From assembly GCF_036321535.1 (NCBI RefSeq), contig NC_087436.1:47370001-47434000 (forward strand): DNA of 64,000 nt. Reading direction: 5' to 3'. This DNA is from Camelus dromedarius. Taxonomy: Eukaryota. Made by a program: the position numbers and the translations under genes. Shown piece after piece: positions 39,601 through 53,346 of the stretch (positions within the stretch are counted from its first letter, which is position 1; each line of letters starts with the position of its first letter). Below the pieces are notes generated by a model that made no database searches, had not been told where the DNA came from, and saw only the letters and a program-made list of their open reading frames with translations.

Positions 39601-39871
39601 CAGCAGTCATTCTGGATTTCCCCAGTTCTTTTATCACTTTCCTTTGCACTCGCTGTTTCCTGTCTGGAAGGGGCTTCCCTCAGAGATCTTAAATGTCCTC
39701 TTTTTGGTGAAGCCTTCCCTGGACCCCCTGTCTAAACATCACCCCTAGTCGGATATTCAAATTTTTTGCTTTATTTACTTTTTCCACCTCTTTAGTACTT
39801 ATTTCCAACTTACATAATTTCCTTTTTTATCTTGGTGTTTTCTTTTCCCTCCCCTGTTTCTCCAAGTACTC

Positions 39872-40055
39872 CAGTGCTTCTCAAACTTGAACTGGCATCT
39901 GAATCATTGGGAGGGCTTTAAAACACAGATTCTTGGGCTCCACCCTATAGTGTCTGCCTTAGTTGGCCCAGGGCAGGGCCTGATCACTGGCATTTCTAAC
40001 AGTTCCCAGGAGATGCCAAAGCTGCTGGTTAGGGGCCACGCTTTGAGAACTGCTG
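39872..40055. mobile_element. MER5A-like hAT MITE within an L2 3' end (~39.64-40.19 kb)
   Basis: Terminal inverted repeats cagtgcttctcaaa...tttgagaactgctg, ~184 bp; L2 tail ends in tgaatgaatga. Confidence 0.85.
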
Positions 40056-40359
40056 CCCTGGGAGGGAGGACTAGAGAAGCCCCATGAGGACAGTGATTTT
40101 ATTGGTATTGTGCACTTCTGTTTCATCAGCACCCAGGAGAATGTCAAGCATGTAGTGTGCATTCAGTAAATATTTTTGAATGAATGATGAATAAAACTGT
40201 CTTGAAAAATAAGAGCTGTAAGCAGTATCGAATACAAACACTATCAAAAGAATGCTGACACGTACCTATTTTATAAAGGTATACATTGTTGGAAAGAACC
40301 TAAATTATGTTTATGCTTCATAGGGAAAATAGAGGCTATATAGTTCATTATTTTAGAAA

Positions 40360-41150
40360 GAAGCTTTATTGAGATGATTTACATACCATTCAATTCACCC
40401 ACTTAAAATGTACAATTTGGTCGTTTTTAGCATATTTACAGAATTGTGCAACCATCACTACTATTAATTTTAGAGCATTTTGATCACCCCCAAAAAAGAA
40501 TTTCATAACCCATTAGTAGTCACTCCCCATAGATTTTCCTGTTCTGGACAGTTCATGTAAATGGAATTACACAGTATGTGGCCTTTGTGACTGGCTTCTT
40601 TACCTTAGCATAATGTTTTTGAGGTGATTCATCTGTGTTGTAGAATGTATCAGTGCTTCATTCCTTTTTATTACCAAATAATATTCCATTGTATGGGTAT
40701 ACCATACAGTTTAAAAAGTATTTTGTTTATCTGATTATCAGTTGATGGGCAGTTGGGTTGTTTCCACCTTTTGGCTTTCATGAATCATGCTGCTAGAACA
40801 TACGGTTTTGTGTGGACATATTTTCATTTCTTGTGAGTATATGTCTAAGAGTATGAATCGTTTGGTCATATGATTACTCAATGTTTAACGTTTTGCAGAA
40901 CTGCTGTTTTCCAAAGTGGCTGTCCTATTTTACGTTCATGTTAGCAAATGTATGGGATTTCAGTTTCTTTGTATCCTCAGTAACGCTTGTTATTGTCTGT
41001 CTATTTGGTTATAGCCATTCTAGTGGGTGTGCAGAGGTATCTCATGGTTTTGGTTTGCATTTCTCTGATGGCTAATGACATCCAGTGTCTTTTAATGTGC
41101 TCATTCTCCATTTATGTTTTTTCTTATAGAAATATTTATTCAGATCCTTT
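40360..41150 (-). mobile_element. LINE1 3' end (L1MB-like)
   Basis: ctttattgagat...ttgtgcaaccatcac...gtatctcatggttttggtttgcatttctctgatggctaatga. Confidence 0.85.
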
Positions 41151-41879
41151 GAGGCCTATGTAATTTTGTGCTCTTTTTGTTTAAGAAGAACATTTGGGGG
41201 AACAACAGTTACATTCCACTTTTCTCACCATGCATTTCATGATACCCGCAGACATCCCTTCCACACTTCATTCAGGAACCTGCTCGGATGCCACTTTCTC
41301 AGAGTTTTTTTCTGATCATGCTGTCTAAAGAGGCACTTACCCCTCTCTCTCTTTCCAGTCATGCCGTGCTTTATTTTCACAGTGCACTTGTCACTCTCTG
41401 ATTTAATAATTAAGTTTTATTGGTTTGTCTCCCCCAGTGGAATGGAAGCTCTGGGAGGGAAGACTGAGGGTAGGAGCCTTGTTTTACTCACTTGGTGTAC
41501 TAGTAGGGCCTCAGGAACCACTGGTTGAATGAATGATTGAATGAATGAATGAATGAGAGAGAAGACTGGATTCTGGAGTCCACCACTCACTAGTTAATCG
41601 GAACTGGGGCAAGTTATTTAACTTCTCAGGTTTAACCTTCATCTGGCAATCACAGTAGTAAGAATTTGTGCAACCCTGGAGAGCTGTGCAGACTAAATTA
41701 ATTGGTGCATGTAAAGAACTGAACACCGTACCAGGTACTCTAAAGGATGAAAAAGCTGTTTTAATCTTTCTCCTTGCTTTTAGCATGTTGCATGGAATAG
41801 TTACCATAAGTTTGCAAAGAATATGTGTTTACCTTTTAAGGGACTCAGATAAACTAGAATTCTTTCTTTTTTTTTCCAG

Positions 41880-41994
41880 GGGATGCAGAGAGCAACTAAT
41901 GTCACCTATCAGGCTCACCATGTCAGCAGGAACAAGAGAGGTCAGGTGGTGGGGACCAGAGGTGGCTTTCGTGGTTGCACAGTTTGGCTAACAG
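41880..41994 (+). CDS. PAPSS1: PAPSS1 coding exon 2 ([39 protein letters not shown])
   Basis: Polypyrimidine tract + ccag acceptor; 115 nt; donor CAG|gtatgg; phase 0 in, phase 1 out. Confidence 0.98.
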
Positions 41995-44730
41995 GTATGG
42001 TCCAGAGAGCTAAACCAGTTTATTGGTTTAGCTTATTTATTTATTTCAAAAGCAGTGTTTATAGACAGCCCTGAACTAAGAGTAAGCATGTATAAATTAT
42101 GAGCACTATTCTTTTATCTAGAGCATCATAACATGTAATTGACAAAGTTGCTTAATAATAACATAATAACATAATCCCTTTTGTTTGTTACAAAATTGCC
42201 TTAAAGGAGAAAAATTAGAATGCATCTAAAAACTACTTTCTAGTTGTTAACTACATTGCATTCTATAAACTTCTGCATGCAAGTAAGACATGGATTCTGC
42301 CTTCAACAACTAATAATGTAGACCATATGAAGGGAAAGAATGAGGATGAAGAATTTCACAGAATAAGTTTCTATCATTCTTCTTTTGCTTTGTCCTCTGA
42401 TTGATTCTTGTGTTGATTCTCCCAGAGTCTCTCTTTGAGAAGGTTAATTGATCCAGGCTTGTAGTTTTAAAAATGATGGATCTTTTCACTTCTAGGAATT
42501 TTATTTAAAATTTTGATACATCTTGCCACATTACGCATGTTGGAGGATAGAGGGAATGAAAAATGCCCACCAAACTGAGAAGTTATCTTGAGACCAAAAA
42601 AATGAGGCAGGCAGCTCCATATAATCAATGGTTCATTTTATTGTAGAGTAAGTTACAAGGTGGAAGCGGTTGGACAATGATTTGAAAACATTTGTTGCTG
42701 CTCTCTGCACTGCCAGGGGTCCATTGGGACAATTTTGTAGTTAACCTAAGGGATGGGGTATGTGCCTGGAAATATTCCTGCGTCAAGTGCATTCCAAAGT
42801 CAAGATTTATGAATGGATAACTAGTCTTATGGGTGCTAAGAATACATCAGCAAAGGTCTTCATTGTTGTTTGGGGACTCACGGAGCATAGAGGACACCTG
42901 GACCTAACAATCATTAAACGGTGTCTGCTAACATCAAAGCCCTTGGTGACACAGAAGTGATTTACTGCACAGTGTAGTCCTGAGTAGGGTCAGTGGAAGG
43001 ACTGGAGAAACTGTAAGGGCCCAAGATGGTGTCAATTATGCTAACACCCATACAGCCCACTACAGTTTATACCTATTTATTTTCCTATTGTGGGAGAGGA
43101 TCCACTTCCAGTATCTTTGTCAACATGGATATTACCAATCCTTAACATTTTTGCTGATTGCCAAAAAACAGCATTCCCATTTTCTCTTTTTATAAATTAA
43201 ATGTATCAACTGTAGATAGGTCTGTGTGTTTCTGTATGAAAGAAGACATCACTTTAACATTCTTCCCACCTCCTCGTTCTTCAGTCTATATTGATGTTAA
43301 ATTGTTATGTTTACATTGTCTAGGCTTGACACACATTCTATTCTCAAGTCTTACATTTCCATAATTGTTTGTATTTGAGTTCTGTAAGTAAATTGATTCA
43401 GCCTTACCACCTCATATGTCAGTTCTTTTATTATGGCATGTCCACACATGGGCTCTTTCTTAGGGTCAAGTTTTAATGGTCTATATTTTTTATTAAGTGA
43501 TTTTTATAAGATGGCTTTCTGTTGGTTCTGAATTCTCTGAGTTTTTATGTTTGAGAATGTTTTCCTACCTTTTACAACAACTTGGCTGGGTAAAATATAT
43601 ATTTGGTTCATACTTTCTTTGTCTTGGAATTCTTAACATTACTCCATTTTCTTCTGTGAAATGTTGTGAAGACTTGTGAGACTAATCATTTTTTTTTTCT
43701 CCTTAGGAGCTTTCCTTTATTCATCTGCATACCTGAAGAATTATTGCTTTTATTTTATTTTCCTTTAGAAGTTTTGCTTTTCTCATTTAGGCCCTTTATT
43801 CATCTGCAGTTGATTTTTATGTATAGTGTGAGGGTGAGATCCATTTTCTTTTTTTCCTGTATGGATAATGAGAGACTGTTGATGAGGGTGTCCTTTTTCT
43901 CTGGTCTCTGTGCCAGCTGTCACAGGTCAGGTTTCTGCTTACGTGTGTGTGTTCTAGGTGCTCTAATCTATCCCGCTGGTATACTTGTCTTTTCCTCTCT
44001 TATTGCTGCATTGTCTTAATTACTATACACTTATAAAGTCTTGAAATCCTGTGGAGTAAGTCCTTTTACCTTATTCTTCATTAGAAGTGTGTACATTTTT
44101 GGGGTTTTTTTGGCTCTTTATATTATTGTATAAATTTTGTTATCCATTTAAGCAATTCCTCCAAAAATCCTGTTGGGATTTGGTTTGGGGTTATATCTAA
44201 AGATCAGTTTTGGGGAGAACTGATCTTTTGAATAGTGGGTACTCTTTTTCTTGAACATGATATATTCCTTTTATTTTACCACTAATGAAGCTTATAAATA
44301 CTGTTTATCAAATTTTTGGGCACTTTATGGTCTGGGATCTAATCAGATTCATAAATGTGAATTTTTTTTAATAGACTTTATTCTTTTAGAGCAGTTTCAG
44401 GTTCACAGCAGAATTGAGCAGAAAATACAGAGTTCGCATATATGTGTATTTGAAAAAAAATGTATTTCCCTGATGTGTACAATATTCTATATATGTTCAC
44501 TCAATCAAGATTGTTAATTATGTTGTCTAATCTATAACAATCTTTTTTTGTGTGTATGATGATGTTGTTGGAAATGGAAGTCATGATTTCTTTCTTTTTC
44601 TTGCAACTCAGTAGCTTTACCAGATCTGTCCAGGTATAGAGTAGTTTGTATGCCATTTTCTTGGAATGCTGTCTTTTCTCAGATTTTATTTCAAATAAAC
44701 TTTCTTATTTTGTATTTCTATGTTGGTTGG

Positions 44731-45120
44731 TATATTAATTTCCCAGGGCCACTGTAACAAATTACTACGAATTGGGTGGCTTCAAACAACAGAAATTTGT
44801 TCTCTTACAGTTCAGGAGGCTAAAAGACTGAAATCAAGGTTGATTCCCTCTGTCGGCTCTGAAGAAAAATCTGTTCCATGCCTCTCTCCTACTGTCCCGG
44901 CTTGCTGGCAATCCTTTGCGTTCCTCAGCTTTTAGACGTATTACTCCAGCCCCTGATTTCGCATTTACGTGGCCTTGTAATAACGACAACAGATTTAGTG
45001 CCTAACCTAGTCCCATGTGACCTCATTTTAATTTAACTAATTCAGTGCACAGAGACCTTGGTCACTTTCTGAGGTTCCAGGTGTACATGAATTTTGAGGG
45101 GACATTATTCTATCTAGTAC
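44731..45120 (-). mobile_element. MaLR solo LTR (MLT1C/D-like)
   Basis: ctgtaacaaattactac...ggtggcttcaaacaacagaaatttgttctc...gaattttgaggggacattatt. Confidence 0.8.
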
Positions 45121-45496
45121 TTTGATTTCTCTTTGGTATACCAGTTTTCCTTATCTTAGTTTTGGCTTATCTGTCTTGCGTTATCTATTGATTTTCTCTA
45201 GCTGCTTTGGCTTTCTTTCCTTTTTGCCTGTATTCACTGTAATCATCTCAGTGAAACTTTCTGTGTCAGTAATTCAGTTTTCAGCAGTGTCTAGTCTTTG
45301 TTTTCAAATTAAATATATACGTAAAACATATGTACACGTGTATGTATAAAGATACTTTAATTGTAATTAGGTTGTCTTTGTTGTATAAAAAGTTTGCGTT
45401 TTTAGGTTTTACCCCCCAATACCTAGTGTTCAGTGGGTAGTTAGAAACAACAATAACAAAGAATAGAAAAATGCAGTCTCCCCAGCCTCCATCTCT

Positions 45497-46030
45497 TTGT
45501 TCAGTTATTGTTGTGTAACAGATTACCCAAAACCTAGTGGTGTAAAACAACCATTTTAATTATTAACCACTTGTGGGTAAGGAATTCGGGAGGGCTTGGC
45601 TGGGCAGTTTCCCCTTGGGTCTTGCTTGGTTGCAGTCGTGCTGGCTTGGGCTACAGTCAACTGAAGCCACCACTGGCAGGGTGTCTGTGATAATTTCCTC
45701 AGTTGACACTGCTTATCAGCTGGGATCTTCGCTGGTTGAGGCTGTAGGCTGGAACGCCTACTTCTGATTTCTCCAGCATGGTGGGCTCAGGGTACTTAAC
45801 AGCTGGCTTCTTCTGAATTAAATATCCAAAGAGAAGCTGCAGAGCCTTTCACAACCCAGCCTTGGAAAGCATACATTGCCGTTTTCACTGTATTCTTTTG
45901 GCTACAGGGGAGTCATATTCTAGCCCAGATTCAAGGGCAGGGAATTAAACTCTGCTTCTGGATGTGACAGTGGCAACATCTCAGTGTAAATGAGCTTCCA
46001 GGCCATCTTTGGAAAATATTACCTGCTCTA
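45497..46030 (-). mobile_element. Old MaLR LTR (MLT1G/H-like)
   Basis: gtgtaacagattacccaaaacctagtgg...gcccagattcaaggg...ggccatctttggaaaatat. Confidence 0.7.
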
Positions 46031-46465
46031 CTCCTGTTAATGTACATTTTTAATGTAGAAGAGATCTAACACTATACTGATCCTCATCCTTTTTTCTATT
46101 TAATTTTCAGTTAGCTTCTGTCTAACATGTCAAGAGTATCAGTACATTAGACCAGTATTTTATCTCTTGCCTCATAGCCACCTCAAGTATTAGCGCCTAA
46201 ATGTACCCTTTCCCTTTCCTTTATTCCTCATTGTTTAGTGACTAAACATCATAGGTAGAGGAAGGTGAATTGAAATAAGGATATTCTTTCAAGGTTAATT
46301 ATATTATAAATTGGATTACCAGATACTTTTATCATGGTAACCTATGAGAGCTGTTGATCCTAGGATATAGAGGTAACTTTCTAATATTATTTCACTTAGT
46401 TTTGTCCTTTGTTTTTCTTCCCTCACCAGAAATCATTTGGGCATATAATTTTGTTTTAAAATTGG

Positions 46466-46561
46466 ATATGAAAGTGAATATATGTATGTACATGCATGAC
46501 TGGGACATTGTGCTGTACACCAGAGACTGACACATTGTAATTAACTGTACTTCAATGAAAA
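46466..46561 (+). mobile_element. Very short LINE1 3' tail insertion
   Basis: tgctgtacaccagagactgacacattgtaa...cttcaat + A tail; TSD aaaattgg (46458-46465 / 46562-46569). Confidence 0.8.
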
Positions 46562-46900
46562 AAAATTGGCATGCCACTTTATAATAGTAGTAATGAGAAG
46601 ACAAAGCGAGTATCTACCCAACCATGTCTAATATTAAAAGTGGCTAAGCCTTTGCAGCTCCATGATTTATAGGATACCTCTGGGCATAGATGGGAGTTAT
46701 TAAAAACATAAATGTTTATTATATTTAAACTACAGATGTTTTTCTTGCTAAGAGGTAGTAAATCTCACAGAGAAATATTAGATAAGAATGTTACTAAGAG
46801 AATGCTCTGAGTAATGAATGTAATTAAGCCTGGACTAAAATTATTACTAAGTAGTTGTCCTTCTAACTTTATATATGGAATCTGGACTGTTCACTTTTAG

Positions 46901-47136
46901 GCTTATCTGGAGCAGGGAAGACCACCGTAAGCATGGCGTTGGAGGAGTACTTGGTTTGCCATGGTATTCCATGCTACACTTTGGATGGTGACAACATTCG
47001 TCAAGGCCTCAATAAAAATCTTGGCTTTAGTCCTGAAGACAGAGAAGAGAATGTTCGGCGCATTGCGGAAGTTGCTAAGCTGTTTGCAGATGCTGGCTTA
47101 GTGTGCATCACAAGTTTTATATCACCTTACACTCAG
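46901..47136 (+). CDS. PAPSS1: PAPSS1 coding exon 3: APS-kinase P-loop GLSGAGKT through [17 protein letters not shown]...SFISPYTQ
   Basis: ttttag acceptor; 236 nt; donor CAG|gtatgt; classic adenylylsulfate-kinase motifs (Walker [15 protein letters not shown]). Confidence 0.99.
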
Positions 47137-49579
47137 GTATGTGGCTTTTGTGCCATTGCTGTTCTAATTATGTGTATTGAGAATATGGTATCAGGAAAAG
47201 CAAATAATTTAAACATTGACATGTACTTTGAGGCTAAATCCAAATTAAACCAGTTAACTTACAGCATTTCTGAGTAAATTCACTTTTGAAAAGGCTGCTA
47301 TAACCCACTCACCCCTGCCTCCCACCACGGCCAAAGTATAACCAAAGCTGTTGAACAGGCCAGTGGCCAACTTATTTCAAGTTTGACTTTTCAATTCAAA
47401 AACCTATAGTAAATGCTCAACATGTGTCAGACACCAGGGAAAATCTTAGGTTTCTTAACATGTGTCCTATCGTGGCTTCTTTGCTCACAATTCTTGAGTC
47501 TCATCTTTCATCACAGTGTTTCTTATTTTAGAGACCATAGCAGCACTAATTCACTTTCTTGTATTTCTCTGAAAAAAATCATGTTGTTTCTCATGATGAA
47601 ATTTTTGTTTCATCTGCTTAGAAGGCACTCTTCTCTTTTCTCCTTGTCTCGTCTTGGCATCAGCTGACACCTGTTCATGCTTTGAGACTCAGGTATCTCC
47701 CCATCCTATGTCCCTCAGGCTTTGTTGGGTACCTGTCTTTGGTGCCCTTATAATTGTACCATAACGCATTGTTTTATTATAAATACTAGTTTTTTGATTG
47801 GTGGTGCTAATAGCAGCAGCAGTAATAATAATAATGATAATAGTAATAGCAGCTAACATTTATCGAACACTTACTGTGTACTGGTAACAGTTTTAAAGTA
47901 CTTTAATATTAGCTCACTTAGTTCTCATCAGCCAATGAGGAAGATGGAGCTGAGAAAACAGGTGTAAATTACTCAAGCTCGTACACTATGTATTTGTGTG
48001 CACAGCAAGGGTTTGCACTCAGAGAGTGTCACCGGAACCCGTGCTCTCGCCCACTGTGCTTTGCTGTCTCTAAACCCCGCTGGCTCCTTGAAGGCTGGGA
48101 CTACATCCTATTTATCTTTATAACCTTGATGGCCAAGCCCAGATCCTGGAACATAGCAGATATTTAGTATTTGTTAAATGTGATTGTATAGCCCCTTAGG
48201 AAGTCCAAATATAAAAGAACAGGCGAGTTAGTGTTGTGGTTAAAGAGCGGCCTTGAAGCCAGAAACAGGAGGCCAAAATCTTGACTCTGCTTGTTACTGT
48301 TAGGACCTTGGCCAATTTACTTCACCTTCCATGCTCAGATAATGCCTACCTCGTAGGGTTGCTCTGAGGATTAGGTAAGTCATGCATTCAAAGCTCACAG
48401 TGCCTGATGTGTGATAAGTATTCAGTACATCGAATAAATAATAACACAATTCTAATATTGTATCATAATTCTGGATGGTTACTTAGACTTTTTTATTAAA
48501 AAACGAAAACAAAATTTGAGCTGTAAGCTCTGTAGAGAAGTGTGAGAGTGTTAATATACAGGCTCATTTATTTGAACTCTGACAGGAGTCCTAAAAGATT
48601 CTTTGAGAACTAGCTACTTTTTATTCTCCTGAAACATTGGAATCAGTGTCAATACATCAGTTTAAAGTATCCTGGATAATGAAGTGTATAAGAGAATGAG
48701 AGCTGTTAGAGTTCCTGAATCCTTGGACATAAACATTTTTCACAGTAATATAATAACAGTGGTATTCTTTCACCTTTTGGGAATATTTGTAAAAAGAAAG
48801 TCATTAACACCTCATTTGGAGAGCTCGCAGCTGAGACCTGGGTATCTGAAAGTATATGCTGATCTGTTCTTTGGCTCCCTTGTTTTCATAGTGTAGAGCA
48901 ATACTTCTGTTGATCTCACCCTGAAAGCACTAAGAATGAGGTTCAGACTATGCTTGGGGCATGTCACAATCCATGAAATATTTGGACCATATCATATAGG
49001 ATGTGCGGTTTTTTTTTGGTTTATTGATAATTTTAATTTGATTCATTTAAACTGTCTCAATTACCCGTTATTTCAACATATTCTATTTCTTATATTTAAA
49101 AATAAAGAACAGAATATTAAAGCCTGAATCATTTCAATGAGATCAATACCAGAGTCTTAAAAATCTCATCGTATCATCCAGAATCATATAGAACAGATTT
49201 TAAAATATACAGTGGGATACTGAAAGTGCCAAATTGAAAACTAAAATACATATGAAGTTTAAACTCCTTTGAAAAGCAGATATGCAATTCTCAAAAATAG
49301 AATTTCCATGTCTCATTAATACATCTAAAATATTTCAATTTCTGACTACAAACCTTAACTTGAGAAAGCTGGTTTGAATACTCTCTACCATGTTATTTTG
49401 GATTTAAAAATACCTAAAAATTGAGGGCTGGGAGTAATTATAGTTAACATTTTTCCTTCATTCACTGGGCTTATGTGGTAAAGGTCTGGCAGTGAAAAGT
49501 ATCTTTTCAACTGGGTAGATTAAAATATTAACAGCGCAACAAGAACCTGGGCTGGTAGATTGTCTGGTGGGAACATAGA

Positions 49580-52500
49580 GATGCGAACAGTTGCAGAATC
49601 TTAAGTCAGGTGGTTAGGTGCATGCATATAAAGGTGCTGTGGAGGATTCACAGAGGAGATCCTGTTTGAAATGAGTCATGAGGGATGAATCAGTATACCA
49701 GTCAGACCGGAGGGAGGAAGCTGTTTCAGTCAGAAGAGACATTACAGTAATTGCGAAAGTATGGAAATGTGAGGGAGTTAGGTCTTTGGGGGAACTGTAG
49801 GTTGTTTGTTTTGGCTGTTCTGCAGGATGAACGTGAGGGGAGATGAAGCTGGAGTGATTTGCAGAGGTCTCATGGTGAACTCCGACTGTTCGGGACTTTG
49901 CCCCTTGGGTGGTCGATAGTTTGAGATTGATTGTACTGGGGAATGGTGTCTCTGGGTTTGTGTTTTAGTGGGGTCACCCTTCAAGCCTGGAATGAGAATG
50001 GTCTGGAGATAGGAGACTATCTGGGGGCTTTTGGAGTGAACTCAAACAGTGGCCATGGGAGTAGAAAAGATGGGGCATGTTTGAGGGCTCTTGAGCCTGT
50101 AGCATCGGTAGGATATGGTGCCTGCGTTGATTGCTGGATTTGAGAGTGAACATGAAGGACGATGCTTTCTGAGTAGAAGATGGTATGATTGAGTTAGAAA
50201 ATATAGGGTAGGAAGAGAGGAGAGGATTATTTTATTTTAGATGGGTTAGGTTTGAAATGCTAGTGGAGTGTCTAAATGGAGATGACCACTGGGTCATTGG
50301 GAAATTGGTTCTGGAGCTCAGGAACGTTGTATAGAATTGAGATAGAGATTTTGGGAATCATTAACTTGATTGGTTGAAACCTAGATGTAGTTGAGCATAC
50401 AGAAGAGGGTATAGAATGAGAAGAGAGTCACTGATAGAAACTTGGGAACACCTTCATTTGAAAGGACCGTTGGACTAGTAGGATCACAACTTAATCGCTC
50501 TGCCAGATACTAAGGTTCTAAAGCTAAAGAAACTGGCTCAATGTATTGGGATAAGATCTGTGACAGAGGTCTGTAGTGGGTGTTCTGAGAACCCAGAGGC
50601 AGTGAGGCCCTCAGTCAGCCTGGGCTTGCCAGGTAGGCTTCCTGGAGGACTTACCGTGGAGCTGTGCTGTGAGGGAGCACATTGCTGTACCCAGAGGAGA
50701 GGGGTGGAGTGTTTTTGGGAGAGCATATGGGAAAGGGATGAGGCCCAAACAGCCTGGTAGACCAGGCGGGTATTAATTATTACTAGAACATCAAGTGCAG
50801 GACTGAGAATGGTGGGGCCAGGTAGGGAAGGCCTCAAGGGTCACACTTAGAAGCTTGCATTTTACCCTGATGCTGGTGGGGAGTCTCTGAAGAGTTTAGT
50901 GACGTGGTTGAATTTGCATTTTCTACTGTCCTGGGGACATTGCAGAGTATCACTTTGAGCAGATCAAAGCTGGAAGGCAGCAGACTGATTAAAAGGGTAT
51001 TGCAGTTGTCCAGGCAGGAGAACTGAGATTGAACCAGGGAAGTAGGGAAGAAGCATGGGCTGGGTTAGTGTGATATTTATAGGTAGAATCTGATTCCACC
51101 TCCAATTTTTATCAAGCACTTGCTATGTGGTGTACATAGCATTAAATATTTTACAAGCATGAGCTCTTTGAATGTTATCCCATAATGTCTTATGTATAGC
51201 TCCATTACTGCCCTTGCCAAATTTAAAAAAAGATTGTCTGCTTAAATGGGTAGTGTAAGAACTTTGGGAATCTGGAGAAGGGGATGACCATGAACAGCTA
51301 CAGTTGGGAGGACTGCTGTGTACAGTTGGCCACAGTGAGTTGGTCTCAGAGGATGAACACTGATGGAAGCCTACAGAGTGCAATTTTTTTTTTTAAATCA
51401 ATTTCTTGAGAGACACACGCTTTCTAAAAATAATCTAATTTCTTTTTTTAAGCTTATTTTGCGGGGGGGTGGGTAATTAGACTTATCTTTCTTTTTTTTT
51501 AATGGAGGTACTGAGGATTGAACCCAGGACCTCTTGAATGCTAAGCATGCTGTCTACCACTGAGCTGTACCCTCTCCCCAAAGAGTGCAATGGTTTGAAG
51601 GGAACTTTGGGTGAAGGACTTTGTGACAAAATGCACAAGGTCGGGCAGCAAAAGGAAGGAACCAGAACAGCTCTGGGGTTCTGGGTAAATAGTATTATCA
51701 TCCCTTGATTTGGACAGTACAGCTGGGAATGCAAGCTTGAGAGAAAAGAATGGGTTCAGTTTTGTATGTGTTAAGTTCAAGATAACCTGGAGGAAGTTGG
51801 AAGGGTGTGTGTAATTGCAGGAGAGAGGACAGAGTTCAGGCTTGAGTAAGGGTATCTGTGTTGTAATTCACACTGTGAAAGCAGATGAGAACAGTGCTCG
51901 GGGTGTGTGCAGCAGGCTTCCGCTGGAATTTTGGGCGATACCGGTGTTCAGGGATGGGGGAAGTGAGAGGAGCCCAGGGAGCTGCATGGGAGTGATCACT
52001 ACTACCCTGTGTACCACTATTGGAGAACATAAGGTTAGTAGTGTGAAATGTGGCAAAAAGACTGGAAAGTCCTCATGATTAAGGGAATTTTTGTACAATT
52101 TGTTAGTTCACCTGTTCTTAAAGGGTGAGAGTCTTGTATTTGTTTGCTGCCAGGGGAGAAGGAAGAGGTTCAGGATTTCAGATGGAGCAGGGATAATGGG
52201 TTGAGCAAGGTCCTTTGGAGGCAAGGGGATTTGGCATCGTGTAGAGAGGAGTGACAAGAGGGAGGGAGACAGAGATTGGGATGTGGGTCTATTTATATGG
52301 CAGAGGAGAGATTGAGAGCATTTGTGCCTGGGGATTTTCTTTTTGAAATAAGAAGTGTGATCGTCTGGTATGAGTGGAAGCAGCATGGTTTGTTGGAGGG
52401 GTCCTAAGAAAGGTGGTGAATGAGAAAATGATCTCTGTGGGGCTAGGATGGAGGAAGTTGCAGGGACTAGCTTTGAAAATGTTGGCACTGCCTTGTGTAC
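49580..52500 (-). mobile_element. Degraded L2 LINE fragments
   Basis: Purine-rich L2-like antisense phrasing (gtttgaaatgctagtgg...ctggagctcagga; ggtggggagtctctgaagagttt); boundaries approximate. Confidence 0.55.
51385..51581 (-). mobile_element. tRNA-derived SINE (vic-1-like) with an extra 3' segment and second poly(A)
   Basis: TSD agagtgcaat (51375-51384 / 51582-51591) encloses SINE, ~45 bp extra and a T run. Confidence 0.85.
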
Positions 52501-53163
52501 AGAGTGTGGATGTTGAGCCTACACTTGAGAACGGGAAGATGATGAATCCTTAAGGGAGAACCTGGTTTTAGTTAAGACCAGAAAGGAGTTGACTTATAAA
52601 GGGAACAGTGTTCCAGAGGACAGCGTGGAGAGCTTTTAGACTGAGTGGTGAAGGTATTACCAGAGTTGGGGGTTAGGAGCTGTGCAGAAAAATGAAGTTT
52701 TGGGACTGCTAGAGATATGAAGTGGCTGCAGGGGGTTGTATTTGGCAAGTGAATAAACTAGCCTGAGGGTTCTGAGTTGATCTCTTGTGAAGTTACTTTC
52801 ATTCCAGCCCAGGCTCTGGTTAACCATGTTATTGAGAGAGCGGCCTGATGACATCTGCATTCGAGCTGGGCCAGGGCTCAGTTTCCTCATAAAATTTAGG
52901 TGAAAGTTTTTATGGGGCACCCGTTATTCTCCTTCCCGGAACTCTCCAGTATCTCAGATTTTTAGAAGAGTAGGCCTTTTAAAATTTTTAATGAAGAATG
53001 TGTGTGATAACCTAATTATTTCTTGGATTTATTTTTGTTTGTTTGTTTCAGTTTATATTTTCAAAACGTAAGTCAAACTTTGTCAAATATATCTTCCGCT
53101 AACTCAGCTGCAAAGCACTTTGACCCATCCTTGATGTTAAGATAAGACCCTTGAGTCACATGA

Positions 53164-53346
<183 letters not shown>

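Noticed and set aside
46933..47277. 114-aa ORF as a stand-alone APS kinase gene
   Set aside because: It is PAPSS1 exon 3 reading into intron 3; similarity stops at the donor at 47137
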